This document shows, in pieces, positions 30,701 to 40,065 of a DNA stretch of 60,955 nucleotides. The position numbers were made by a program, and so were the translations under genes. This DNA is from Promethearchaeia archaeon (lineage in GTDB: Archaea; Asgardarchaeota; Lokiarchaeia; Sigyniarchaeales; SOKP01). Within the stretch, counting starts at the first letter, position 1, and each line of letters starts with the position of its first letter. The stretch is from NCBI GenBank assembly GCA_029856155.1, contig JAHQWL010000013.1, positions 1-60,955 of the forward strand, read 5' to 3'. The notes under the pieces are model-generated. The model was not told the DNA's origin and ran no database searches. It worked only from the letters and a program-made list of their open reading frames with translations.

Positions 30701-31877
30701 TTATAATTCTAACGGTGGAAGAGGTGGTACTTCAAAATCGTTCCATTCATCTTGAGTGGGATAATTCCACCAATGGATAGGGATGTTTGAATAATTTCCG
30801 TATTTCTCAAGTCCCTTAGTGAAGGCTTTAATATTTCTTCGAGGTATATTTAAATCTTTAAAATCGGGATAAAAATATGCACCATATCCCCCGTTTTTGG
30901 TCCCAAGATTCCTCATCATATGCCAAACTTCTCTTTCTATTTGTTCAGGGGTACCTAAAGGATAAAGAGATTGAATATTAGTACATGCCCAGAACATTAT
31001 TTTCCCACGATATGGATTCAAATCAGAATATCCACTCATTCGAGGACTATCGAGTTCAATTGCATCTAAACCCAATCAATCAAAACTGGTAATAATCGAT
31101 CGATTTTTCCGCAACAATATAGGTGAACCTCAATCCCTAGTGCATGAGCCTCATCGATTATGTATTTATAAGATGATTCATAAAGTGTTCTAAATGTGCG
31201 TGGGCTAAAGAAGGGTCCTTTTTGCTCCCCTAAATCATCCGTTAGCCAAATTCCATCAGGATTTATTCCTAATTTAAATGCATTTTTCATGCATTTGACA
31301 TGATATTCAGCGACTATTTCTAAGGCTTTTTGCAATTCTTGAGGATATTTTTTATGATCTAGTAAATAAGTATTGAAGCCTCTCATTTCAGATACAACAT
31401 GTGAAGGACCTTGAGAAGCATATACTAATAGAAAATACATTTCATTACTAAGGTTCCGCTTTGTATTTAAAGCAACTTCAAACCTAGTTTTATCATCAGC
31501 ATCAGGTGTATACTTCTCAAAATAAGTATCAAAATCATCCCAATTCAGTAAGGAGGGCCTCCCTGGGTGTCCTTGATCTTTATCATTTCCTTTCATGTTC
31601 CAAATAAAACCCATTCATCAATTTCTTCATGTGGAATAGCTCTCCATTTATTTCCTTCAAATTCTGGATTACTTTTAACCCATTCAGGTCTGTCCCAATT
31701 GTAAGACCCTCTAACATGAGGAAATAACCCTTCTTCCCCTTCGTTCCAGCCAGGTTTCCAATGTTTAGAATGAGTTAGAGTCAAAGGTCCAATATCTCCT
31801 AATATTAAATTAAAAACAGGTACTTTATCTGGATTTTTGAATTGGATTGCGACTCGAACACGTTCTCTTGAATTCAT
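30701..31877 (-). pseudogene. Uroporphyrinogen decarboxylase / MtaA-like family gene split by two single-base frameshifts
   Basis: Three overlapping ORFs join into MNSRERV...PDKVP...DEWGFIW...DDLGEQ...CCG...IDWGLDAI. Both breaks fall at TGGGTTT. Confidence 0.8.
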
Positions 31878-31939
31878 AATATTGCCTTAAACTAATATTG
31901 CAGAAGATAATATTACTAAATAAAAAAAAATAAAAAAAA

Positions 31940-32449
31940 TTAATTAAAAGTCTGAACAAACAGACTCTGAGAATGATAAAGAGAGTCTGCTGTGCTGTCT
32001 CCTTTAAAAGCTATAGTAACGGTATGACTTCCAGAGGAAATTGTCGTATTATAATGTTGTAAAGCAACTGATAATTCGATACCTCCAGGAGTAACTGTAG
32101 TATATCTCCAGACTCTCACATAAGGATGATACCATCTAATTCCATCTACACTGAATTTAATCTCGACATAAGAATCTCCTGAGCTATCGTCTAAGAGCAA
32201 ATTACCCATATATGAAAAATAAACAGTTTGTCCGGAAACTACTGTAAAATCGATAGATAGATAGCTGGATGTGGACCATGCTTCACCTGAAGCCATGGAT
32301 TCTAAACCACTGCTATAATCATACCATTGATTACCTGTAGGATGGACTGCAAAAAAGTTGTCGTATAAAACATATCCTCCTACACCTGCACTAATCATTA
32401 TTGCAATGAGTCCTAAAAATAATCCACTTCTATTTCCCATTTTTTTCAC
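31940..32449 (-). CDS. Membrane-anchored beta-rich exported protein
   Basis: N-terminal TM followed by an S/T/G/Y-rich beta-strand pattern. Confidence 0.6.
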   Translation of the reverse strand: MKKMGNRSGLFLGLIAIMISAGVGGYVLYDNFFAVHPTGNQWYDYSSGLESMASGEAWSTSSYLSIDFTVVSGQTVYFSYMGNLLLDDSSGDSYVEIKFSVDGIRWYHPYVRVWRYTTVTPGGIELSVALQHYNTTISSGSHTVTIAFKGDSTADSLYHSQSLFVQTFN

Positions 32450-32593
32450 TTTATTTTTTTTTTTAATAAAAAATTAGGTTAATATTAATTTAACTTTTTT
32501 TAAATTTATGTAAAAAATCAGGAACTATTTTATCAAACTTGTGAGAGCTCAAAAAATATTTAACTTCTAATACATTTATTTTAATGATAGTTT

Positions 32594-34069
32594 ATGGCTA
32601 AAAAGAAAAGTGAAGCTCCCTTAACCGGAATAACGGTTTCGAAAGAAGAAGATTTTTCTGGTTGGTATACGGAATTAATCAACAAAGCAGAGTTAGCGGA
32701 TATTAGGTATAATATAAAGGGATTTGTTGTATATAGAGAGTGGGCAACACTCACAATTAGAAAAATGTATAAAAAGACTGAAGATTTGCTAGATAAAAAG
32801 GGTCATCTCCCATTAACAATGCCTTCTCTTATTCCTGAATCAAATCTTTTATTAGAAACTCAACATGTTGATGGATTTGCTCCTGAGGTATTTTGGGTTA
32901 CAGAAGCGGGGAGTTCTGGTAAATTATCGGAACGTTTGGCATTACGTCCAACAAGTGAGACTGCTCTTTATCCGATGTATGCCTTATGGATAAGGAGTTA
33001 TAAAGATCTACCATTTAAGAGGTATTTATCATGCCAAGTTTGGAGATATGAGGGAAAAATGACAAGACCATTCTTCAGAGGTAGAGAATTTCATTGGATT
33101 GAATCGCACAATGTATTTGCTACAATGGAAGATGCAATGGAACAAGTTAAAGAGGATATGGAGACAACCTATCAAGTTCTTCAAAATGAACTGTGTATTC
33201 CTATTATATTTTTCCAAAGACCAGAATGGGATAAATTTCCAGGAGCAGTTCATACTTATGCTGCCGATGCTTTAATGGGATCTGGAAAAGTTTTACAGTT
33301 ACCTTCAACACATCTATTAGGACAAATTTTTTCAAAACCATTTGAGGTAAAGTTTGTAGACAAAGATGGGGAAGAGAAATACGGTTATCAGACTTGTTAC
33401 GGCCCTGCTCAGAGTAGGAATTATGGAGCCATGATTGCATATTTGGGTGATAATAAAGGCTTAGTTTTACCTTTCGATTTAGCACCAATTCAAATTGTGA
33501 TTATACCCATAATTTATAAAGGAAGGGAGAAAATCGTGTTGGAGAAAGCAAAGGAAGTATACGATCTCTTCAAAGATAAATATATTATTAAAATCGATGA
33601 TTCAGAGGAGTCAGTTGGAAATAAATATTATTATTGGGAACTGAAAGGCGTACCAATTAGAATAGAAATTGGACCAAAAGATATAGAAAAACATCAGGTA
33701 GTTATAGTAAAGAGACATGATGGCAAGAGGTTCCAGATAAAGGAAGGACAATTAAAAGATAAAATTGATGAAATTGCTCTAAATTACACTAAAGAAATAA
33801 AAGAAAAATCTTTAATTGATTTTGAATCTCAAGTTGAATGTGTTTATGAAAAAGACGCTGCAATTGAAGCTATTAATAATGGAAAAATAGTCTGCTGTGG
33901 GTTCTGTTCAATTAACATGGATGCTTATCATTGCGCGGAAGTAGTTGAAAAAGAGTTTGGAGGTTTTGTTCGTGGAAAACGCGTTGATGAGGAAAAACAT
34001 GAGTTTGCTACATGTATAATTTGTGGAAAACCAGCAAGTTGTACTGTTTATATAGCTAAAAGCTATTAA
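32594..34069 (+). CDS. proS: Proline--tRNA ligase (archaeal/eukaryotic type)
   Basis: FSGWY, LRPTSET, FRGREFHW, C-terminal CIICGKPA...AKSY. Confidence 0.95.
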   Translation: MAKKKSEAPLTGITVSKEEDFSGWYTELINKAELADIRYNIKGFVVYREWATLTIRKMYKKTEDLLDKKGHLPLTMPSLIPESNLLLETQHVDGFAPEVFWVTEAGSSGKLSERLALRPTSETALYPMYALWIRSYKDLPFKRYLSCQVWRYEGKMTRPFFRGREFHWIESHNVFATMEDAMEQVKEDMETTYQVLQNELCIPIIFFQRPEWDKFPGAVHTYAADALMGSGKVLQLPSTHLLGQIFSKPFEVKFVDKDGEEKYGYQTCYGPAQSRNYGAMIAYLGDNKGLVLPFDLAPIQIVIIPIIYKGREKIVLEKAKEVYDLFKDKYIIKIDDSEESVGNKYYYWELKGVPIRIEIGPKDIEKHQVVIVKRHDGKRFQIKEGQLKDKIDEIALNYTKEIKEKSLIDFESQVECVYEKDAAIEAINNGKIVCCGFCSINMDAYHCAEVVEKEFGGFVRGKRVDEEKHEFATCIICGKPASCTVYIAKSY

Positions 34070-34428
34070 CGCGAACCCTCTTGTTCTTTACTTAAATAAA
34101 AATCTAACTTTTTATCATGGAGCAATTCTAATCTTTTCTTCATTTCTTTATATTCTGCTGAAGAACCATCTATTGGGAATTTAAACAAAATTATTATTCC
34201 AATGATCCACAATATCGCAGGAATTAAACCAATGTTTAATTTTATTCCAAATTTTGCGAATTCTGATTGAATAACCAATTCTTGATTATATCCCGTTAAA
34301 ACTAAAATGAATCCTGTTAGGGCTGCTGCTATAGATTGTGCAGGTTTGGTGAATAAACTACCAGAACCGAAATAGCAGCCTTCTCTTCTAAGATTTGTTT
34401 TAAATTCCTCATCAATAAGATCCATCAT
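34066..34428 (-). pseudogene. C-terminal fragment of a GPH/MelB-type MFS sugar transporter
   Basis: DLIDEE...RREGCYFG...TKPAQS and the last two TM helices only; the 5' part is absent. Confidence 0.75.
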
Positions 34429-34432
34429 TCAC

Positions 34433-34470
34433 AATTCACAATTCTATTGAATTGTGAATTCAATAGAATT
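34433..34470. repeat. Overlapping perfect inverted repeats at the MFS truncation point
   Basis: AATTCTATTGAATT-GTG-AATTCAATAGAATT (34440-34470) and AATTCACAATTC-TATT-GAATTGTGAATT (34433-34460). Confidence 0.85.
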
Positions 34471-34538
34471 TTGTTTTTATATGAGTTTTTGAATTATTAA
34501 ACCTAATCTTAAATTTAATTAAAGATTAAATAATTATT

Positions 34539-34715
34539 ATGGCGTCTAAAGAAAAAGTTTTAAATGTTTTTAAAACTAGTGCTAAACCTTTACGACCGGG
34601 TGAAATTGCTGAACAATTAAGTATTGAATCTAAGGAAGTTTCTAAAATTATAAAGGAATTGCGGGAAGAAGGAAAGGTTTATTCTCCTAAGCGTTGTTAT
34701 TATGCTTTAAAATGA
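34539..34715 (+). CDS. Small winged-helix protein (58 aa; not in ORF track)
   Basis: MASKEKVLNVFKTSAKPLRPGEIAEQLSIESKEVSKIIKELREEGKVYSPKRCYYALK. Confidence 0.85.
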   Translation: MASKEKVLNVFKTSAKPLRPGEIAEQLSIESKEVSKIIKELREEGKVYSPKRCYYALK

Positions 34716-34830
34716 GATTAAAAATTATTAATATTAAATTTCATTTATATTCTTCTTCTGAAAAACGGATTAATTAGATTATAACTCTTGAAAAACTAAA
34801 TGAGTTAGAAAAAAAAGAATAAATAATACT

Positions 34831-34995
34831 TCAATGAGAATGATGAAGTGTTGTGGCTTTTTCTTGACTATCTTTTATAAACTTAGTCTCAAAATTCATA
34901 TATCCACAATTTAAACATTTTACTGTTTTTGGTGGGAAATAACTCATAACTTTAGGCATTTTCATTGAAGTACAATTAGGACAATAATAATGCAT
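34831..34995 (-). CDS. Small Zn-ribbon protein (54 aa; not in ORF track)
   Basis: MHYYCPNCTSMKMPKVMSYFPPKTVKCLNCGYMNFETKFIKDSQEKATTLHHSH. Confidence 0.7.
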   Translation of the reverse strand: MHYYCPNCTSMKMPKVMSYFPPKTVKCLNCGYMNFETKFIKDSQEKATTLHHSH

Positions 34996-35084
34996 TTTTT
35001 TAACACTTTGAGATGGTTTATTATTATCTTAACTTTGAGTTTTTAAAAATCATTAAAAAGTACTATAATTTTATTTAGATTGTA

Positions 35085-35987
35085 ATGAATGATTTTGTTC
35101 ACCCTATTTCGGATGAGTTTAAAGAGATTTTTTTTATAAAAGGAGCTAGAGAGGGTAAATATCCTTATTCACATTCTTTACTTATAGGTGATGTATTAAT
35201 TGACACAGGAATATCTAGCAGACTCTTAAGAAAACTTAAAAGACTATATCCAATAAACACTGTATTACTTTCCCATTGGCATGAAGACCATACATCAGGA
35301 AATAGATTATTACCTCGTGCTAAATTTCTTATTCATTCTAAAGATAAAATTTTAATAGAAAATGTTAATAGATTTAATGAATTCTATGGAATTTTAAATA
35401 CCCCAGCAGAAGAGGAATCTGAATGGCTTATGGAGAGTCTTAAACTAGAAAACACGAAGATCGACAAAATTATAGAGGATAATGAAATAATAAAAGTTGG
35501 AAACGGTTTTGATATAAAAGTAATTCATACTCCTGGTCATACAGCTGGTCATTGTGCATTTTTCGAATTAAATTCTAAAATCGCATTTTTAGCAGATATT
35601 GATTTAACCAATTTTGTATTTTATGCTGGTATTGACTCAAATTTAATGGCATTTGAAGAATCATTAGATAAATTAATCCAGCTTGACATCAAAACAGCAG
35701 TAACTGGTCATAGAGGAATAATTGATGGTGAAGAATCAGTTAGGGAAGAAATAAATGATTATAAAACCATAATTCATAAACGAGATGAGCGAATATTATC
35801 CTATCTTTCTGAAACCAATCCGAAAACAATAATGGATTTTAAAAATCAAAATTTAATTTATAAATATTATAGCCAATTCAAGGAATATGAAATTATTGCT
35901 GAAATGATAATGATTCAAAAGCATTTTGATAAATTTATTAAAAACAGATTGATAAAACAAAGAGGAAAAGGTTATATTTTAAGTTAA
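35085..35987 (+). CDS. MBL-fold metallo-hydrolase
   Basis: LIDTG, SHWHEDH, HTPGHTAGH, TGH. Confidence 0.9.
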   Translation: MNDFVHPISDEFKEIFFIKGAREGKYPYSHSLLIGDVLIDTGISSRLLRKLKRLYPINTVLLSHWHEDHTSGNRLLPRAKFLIHSKDKILIENVNRFNEFYGILNTPAEEESEWLMESLKLENTKIDKIIEDNEIIKVGNGFDIKVIHTPGHTAGHCAFFELNSKIAFLADIDLTNFVFYAGIDSNLMAFEESLDKLIQLDIKTAVTGHRGIIDGEESVREEINDYKTIIHKRDERILSYLSETNPKTIMDFKNQNLIYKYYSQFKEYEIIAEMIMIQKHFDKFIKNRLIKQRGKGYILS

Positions 35988-36032
35988 AATTATATTTTAA
36001 GAATTTATGCAATCGAGTGTGGAGGTCTGATT

Positions 36033-36803
36033 TTGGTAGATATAGTAATATATGAAAAAGATGGAGATATTGGAAAAATTATAATAAATAAACCTGAAAA
36101 AAGAAATGCTATAGATTTAGAAACTCTTAAAAAATTAATTAATGCTTTCAATAAAAGTGCTGAAAACAATGATATTTGCGTTCTTTACACTGCAAATGGG
36201 AAAGACTTTACAGTTGGTGCTGATTTGAAATATGGATTTGGGTTACTTACCGATAAGAGTCGCATGGCAGAAGCTGTTGAATTTTTAGAATCATTTCAAA
36301 ATTTAACCAGAAGTATGATTTCCCATCCCGGTATTATAATTGCTGGACTTCATGGTTGGGTTATAGGTGGAGGATTTGAACAGGTATTATATTGTGATTT
36401 AAGAATTGCTGCTAACAATACTCGAATAATGCTTCCAGAACTAGGAGTTGGGCTCTTTTTCTCAAATGCTTCTACAAAACTTTTACCAAGAATTATTGGT
36501 GAGGGAAGAGCAAAACAATTAATGCTTTTAGGATCAGAGATTTATGCCGAAGAAGCTCTCAATATAGGTTTAGTGAATCAAGTGTGTAAACTTGATGGAT
36601 TAAGAAGAATTCTAAAACGTACAGCTAATACAATAGTACAAAAAGATCATCTTGCTCTGAAATGGGCAAAATAATTAATAAATGAAAACCAAGATGACAC
36701 AATAGAATCGGTATTAGCAAAAGAATTACGTGCAATGATCTTTACCGGACAATCTGCTGAACTTAAGCGAAGACTTGAAAAATTTGTGAAAGATAAGCAT
36801 TAA
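36033..36803 (+). pseudogene. Enoyl-CoA hydratase/isomerase with in-frame TAA at 36672-36674
   Basis: FTVGADL, GGGFEQ...CDLRIA, PELGVG. The frame continues LINEN...LEKFVKDKH after the stop, matching the usual C-terminal helices. Confidence 0.75.
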
Positions 36804-36890
36804 TTCTTAAAATCTTAACCTTATTCTGTGAAATATTATGTTTTAATTCTGTTTAAAAAAGTTTTTTATTAAATCAGAATTCAAATAAAT

Positions 36891-38186
36891 ATGGTAAGAA
36901 CAGACCCAATTTTATTCAAATTTTATCCAGATTTAAAGGATAAGGTACCTTGGATCCCTCTACTTACAAATATCCCTACTCCAGTAGATAGGTTAACTGA
37001 ATTAGAAAAAAATTTCAACTTAGATAAAGGTAAAATATTTATCAAAAGAGATGATAAAAATCACCATATATATGGTGGAAATAAATTAAGAAAATTTGAG
37101 TTCATATTCGGACATGTTTTAAAGAAAAAAAAGAGAGGAATAATGACTTTTGGAGGGATTGGTACAAACCATGGATTGCCATGTGCTATTATCGCAAAAA
37201 TGTTAGAACCACCTCTCAGATGCGAGTTATTTTTAATTCCTCAACCCTTAACATGGCATGTTCAAAGATCCTTATTACTATTTAATTTTTTTGGCGCAAA
37301 ACTTCATCTTTCAAAAGGTTTTTACTCTACTATTTTTAAAGCTTTCTTTTTTAGAATTTTTCACCCTAAACATTATATTATGTTGCCTGGAGGTTCACCA
37401 CTTCTTGGTAAGGGGTCTGCTTTAGGTATGGTAGGTTTTATTAACGCTTTATTTGAATTGAAAGAACAGATGGAGAATGGTGAGATACCCGAACCAGATG
37501 TTATTTTTGTACCAGGTGGAAGTTCTGGAACCTCTGCTGGTTTAATTGCAGGCTGTAAAATTCTTGGATTAAAAACAAAGGTTCATGTTGTTGCTGTAAG
37601 TGAAGAAATCTATGTGAGTGTAAAAAATATAATCCGAGATTCAAATAAAGCATTAAGGTATCTAGAAAAATGTGCTGATAACTTTCCAAAAATAGATATT
37701 AATGAAAATGATTTTGAATTCATTTCTGGATACTTAGGAAGTGAATATGGAGCAATAACAAAGAAAAGTCAGAATACCATTGATTTAGTTATGGAATTAG
37801 AAGGATATAAAAAAGATTTTAAACTTGAAACTACATATACGGGAAAAGCAATGGCAGCAATGTTCGATTATTTAAAACAACAAGAGAATAAAAATAAGAC
37901 CATCCTATATTGGAATACTTATAATTCAAATGATTTGGATAAATATCTTAAGGAAACTGATTTTCAATATAAAAAGCTACCAAAAAAATTCCATAAATTA
38001 TACGAGGAAAGCAAATTTCAATGCTGGCAAGTCGTAAATTGCCCAGAAGACACAAAAAAAAGTTGTCCTGCTTATTTAAATCATGAATATAGGTTCTGGA
38101 AAATTACAGATTGTTTGCTTGATGAACAAACGCAAAAGAAAGCAATTGATCAATTAAAGGATGTAATAAAATTAGAAGATGCTTAA
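36891..38186 (+). CDS. D-cysteine desulfhydrase/ACC deaminase family PLP enzyme with Cys-rich C-terminal extension
   Basis: IKRDD...GGNKLRKFE, SSGTSAG, LETTYTGKAM. Confidence 0.85.
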   Translation: MVRTDPILFKFYPDLKDKVPWIPLLTNIPTPVDRLTELEKNFNLDKGKIFIKRDDKNHHIYGGNKLRKFEFIFGHVLKKKKRGIMTFGGIGTNHGLPCAIIAKMLEPPLRCELFLIPQPLTWHVQRSLLLFNFFGAKLHLSKGFYSTIFKAFFFRIFHPKHYIMLPGGSPLLGKGSALGMVGFINALFELKEQMENGEIPEPDVIFVPGGSSGTSAGLIAGCKILGLKTKVHVVAVSEEIYVSVKNIIRDSNKALRYLEKCADNFPKIDINENDFEFISGYLGSEYGAITKKSQNTIDLVMELEGYKKDFKLETTYTGKAMAAMFDYLKQQENKNKTILYWNTYNSNDLDKYLKETDFQYKKLPKKFHKLYEESKFQCWQVVNCPEDTKKSCPAYLNHEYRFWKITDCLLDEQTQKKAIDQLKDVIKLEDA

Positions 38187-38192
38187 GAAAAA

Positions 38193-39182
38193 TTAAATGA
38201 TTTTTAATCGCTGAAGCAACCCAGTAATTAAAATTGGTAAAGCAATAGTAGCATCACACCATACACTAACGTGTTTTGATTCTAAAGAATATTTTCCCCA
38301 TGATTTTGCTTCTGAGAATGTACTGCCTGACAGACCTCCATCATATTCCATAGCAGTGTGAATTCGAACTGAATAATTATAACCCATATTCACTATCTTA
38401 TCAAATTGATCTAACATAGGGAAGATTTGTTGAGCCCAATTACGTGGAACACCACCACCTACGATGATAGTTCCATATTCTTTAAAATTTTTCACAATAT
38501 TTCCAAATTTTCGTACATCCGCTAAAATATCAAATTGGAAGTCATAACCTTCATAGATCTCATATTTTATAAGTTTTAAAGCCAATTCTGAATCTGAAAA
38601 AGCTGGTATGAATATGGGGATATTATTTTTTGCGGCTGTTGAAAGAATACAATTTGATGAGATTTTACTCCCTATTTTCTGTAGAAATTCTGAAGGTGTA
38701 ATATGTATTTTTTTCTGGTCAAATATTGATTGAATAATTCTTAATAATTCTTGATCAGCCTTTTCATAATTATCCTCAGGGAGAAAAATATCATAAATTC
38801 TATTTATCCTATGTTTAAATAAATCATCGTCATTTACATTAGGACTTCCTAAGTAATGTCCAATATCACTGGCTGCATCTACTAAATCATGTGTAATATT
38901 TGCTCCAGTACTGATTAAAATATCAATTAATTTATATTCCATTAATTTTGAAACTAGATCGCCCATCCCCGCGGGAACCATTGCACCACTTAATGTTAAT
39001 ACCGTTAAACACTTTTCTTCAGTAACCATTCTTTCTAAAATATCGAGCGCGAAACCTAAATTTCTTCCTTGAAAGCCGCAATCCTTAAGAGAGGTTAAAA
39101 TATCATCAATATTTTTTACTTTTTTGACATTAAAAGGTTGGACTTTTTTTATTAAATAATCTTCTTTTTGATGAGTATTCAT
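38193..39182 (-). CDS. dys: Deoxyhypusine synthase
   Basis: SGAMVPAG, STGANITHD, GGGVPRN, DGGLSG...EAKSWGK, DATIALP. Confidence 0.9.
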   Translation of the reverse strand: MNTHQKEDYLIKKVQPFNVKKVKNIDDILTSLKDCGFQGRNLGFALDILERMVTEEKCLTVLTLSGAMVPAGMGDLVSKLMEYKLIDILISTGANITHDLVDAASDIGHYLGSPNVNDDDLFKHRINRIYDIFLPEDNYEKADQELLRIIQSIFDQKKIHITPSEFLQKIGSKISSNCILSTAAKNNIPIFIPAFSDSELALKLIKYEIYEGYDFQFDILADVRKFGNIVKNFKEYGTIIVGGGVPRNWAQQIFPMLDQFDKIVNMGYNYSVRIHTAMEYDGGLSGSTFSEAKSWGKYSLESKHVSVWCDATIALPILITGLLQRLKII

Positions 39183-39516
39183 AAATAAAATTAAATGCTT
39201 TAAGTATTTTAAATTAATTCTTTTCAGTCTTTTTAAAGAATCTTAAAAACCTTGAATTCAGTTGAAAGATTTGCTTTAAATCGAATATATTTTTAGCTAT
39301 ATCTTTAAAAATTTCTTTAGATAATTAATTTAATTCCAAATGGTATTCTTTTTTAATAAATGAAAAGAGATTAATAATTTATTAATGGATCAAGCAGAAT
39401 AGTAATGACTTAGTCTTCAAATTTATTATTATATTATTAATGTTTCGAATAAATTTAAATATAAGCTTTAATATTAAACTCTTAATTATATCACATAAAG
39501 AAATAACGATTAAGCA

Positions 39517-40065
39517 ATGTCATTAGTCCCAAAAAAGGTTTTCTTTGTTAATGGTAGGGGTTTTCATAGATCTAAGTTGGCTGCTTTCGAAGAAGCCCTA
39601 AGAGATGCGGGAATTGAAAAGTATAATATAGTGAATGTTTCTTCCATTTTGCCACCGTATTGTATTGAAATTAATAAAGAAGATGGGTTAAAACAACTCC
39701 GTCCAGGTCAAATTATTTTTGCTGTGTTAGCTAGAGAAGAGTCTAATGAATTTAATCGATTGATCTGTGCTTCTATTGGTGTTGCTAAACCTGCTGATAA
39801 GGGGCAATATGGATATTTAAGTGAACAACATTCTTTTGGTGTTAAACCAGAAAAAGTAGGGGAAATTGCAGAAGATTTAGCAGCAGAAATGCTAGCTACT
39901 ACTCTTGGTATTCCTTTTGATCCCAATTTAAATTACGATGAAAAAAAAGAAGTATTTAAAATGGGAGGAAAAATCGTAGAAACTAAAAATATCATAGCAA
40001 GTGCAACAGTGAGAGAAGAAGATGAATGGGCTGCTGTAATTGCTGCAGCAATTTTCATCCTTTAA
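39517..40065 (+). CDS. pdaD: Pyruvoyl-dependent arginine decarboxylase
   Basis: AFEEALRDAGI..YNIVNVSSILPP, YGYLSE. Confidence 0.92.
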   Translation: MSLVPKKVFFVNGRGFHRSKLAAFEEALRDAGIEKYNIVNVSSILPPYCIEINKEDGLKQLRPGQIIFAVLAREESNEFNRLICASIGVAKPADKGQYGYLSEQHSFGVKPEKVGEIAEDLAAEMLATTLGIPFDPNLNYDEKKEVFKMGGKIVETKNIIASATVREEDEWAAVIAAAIFIL

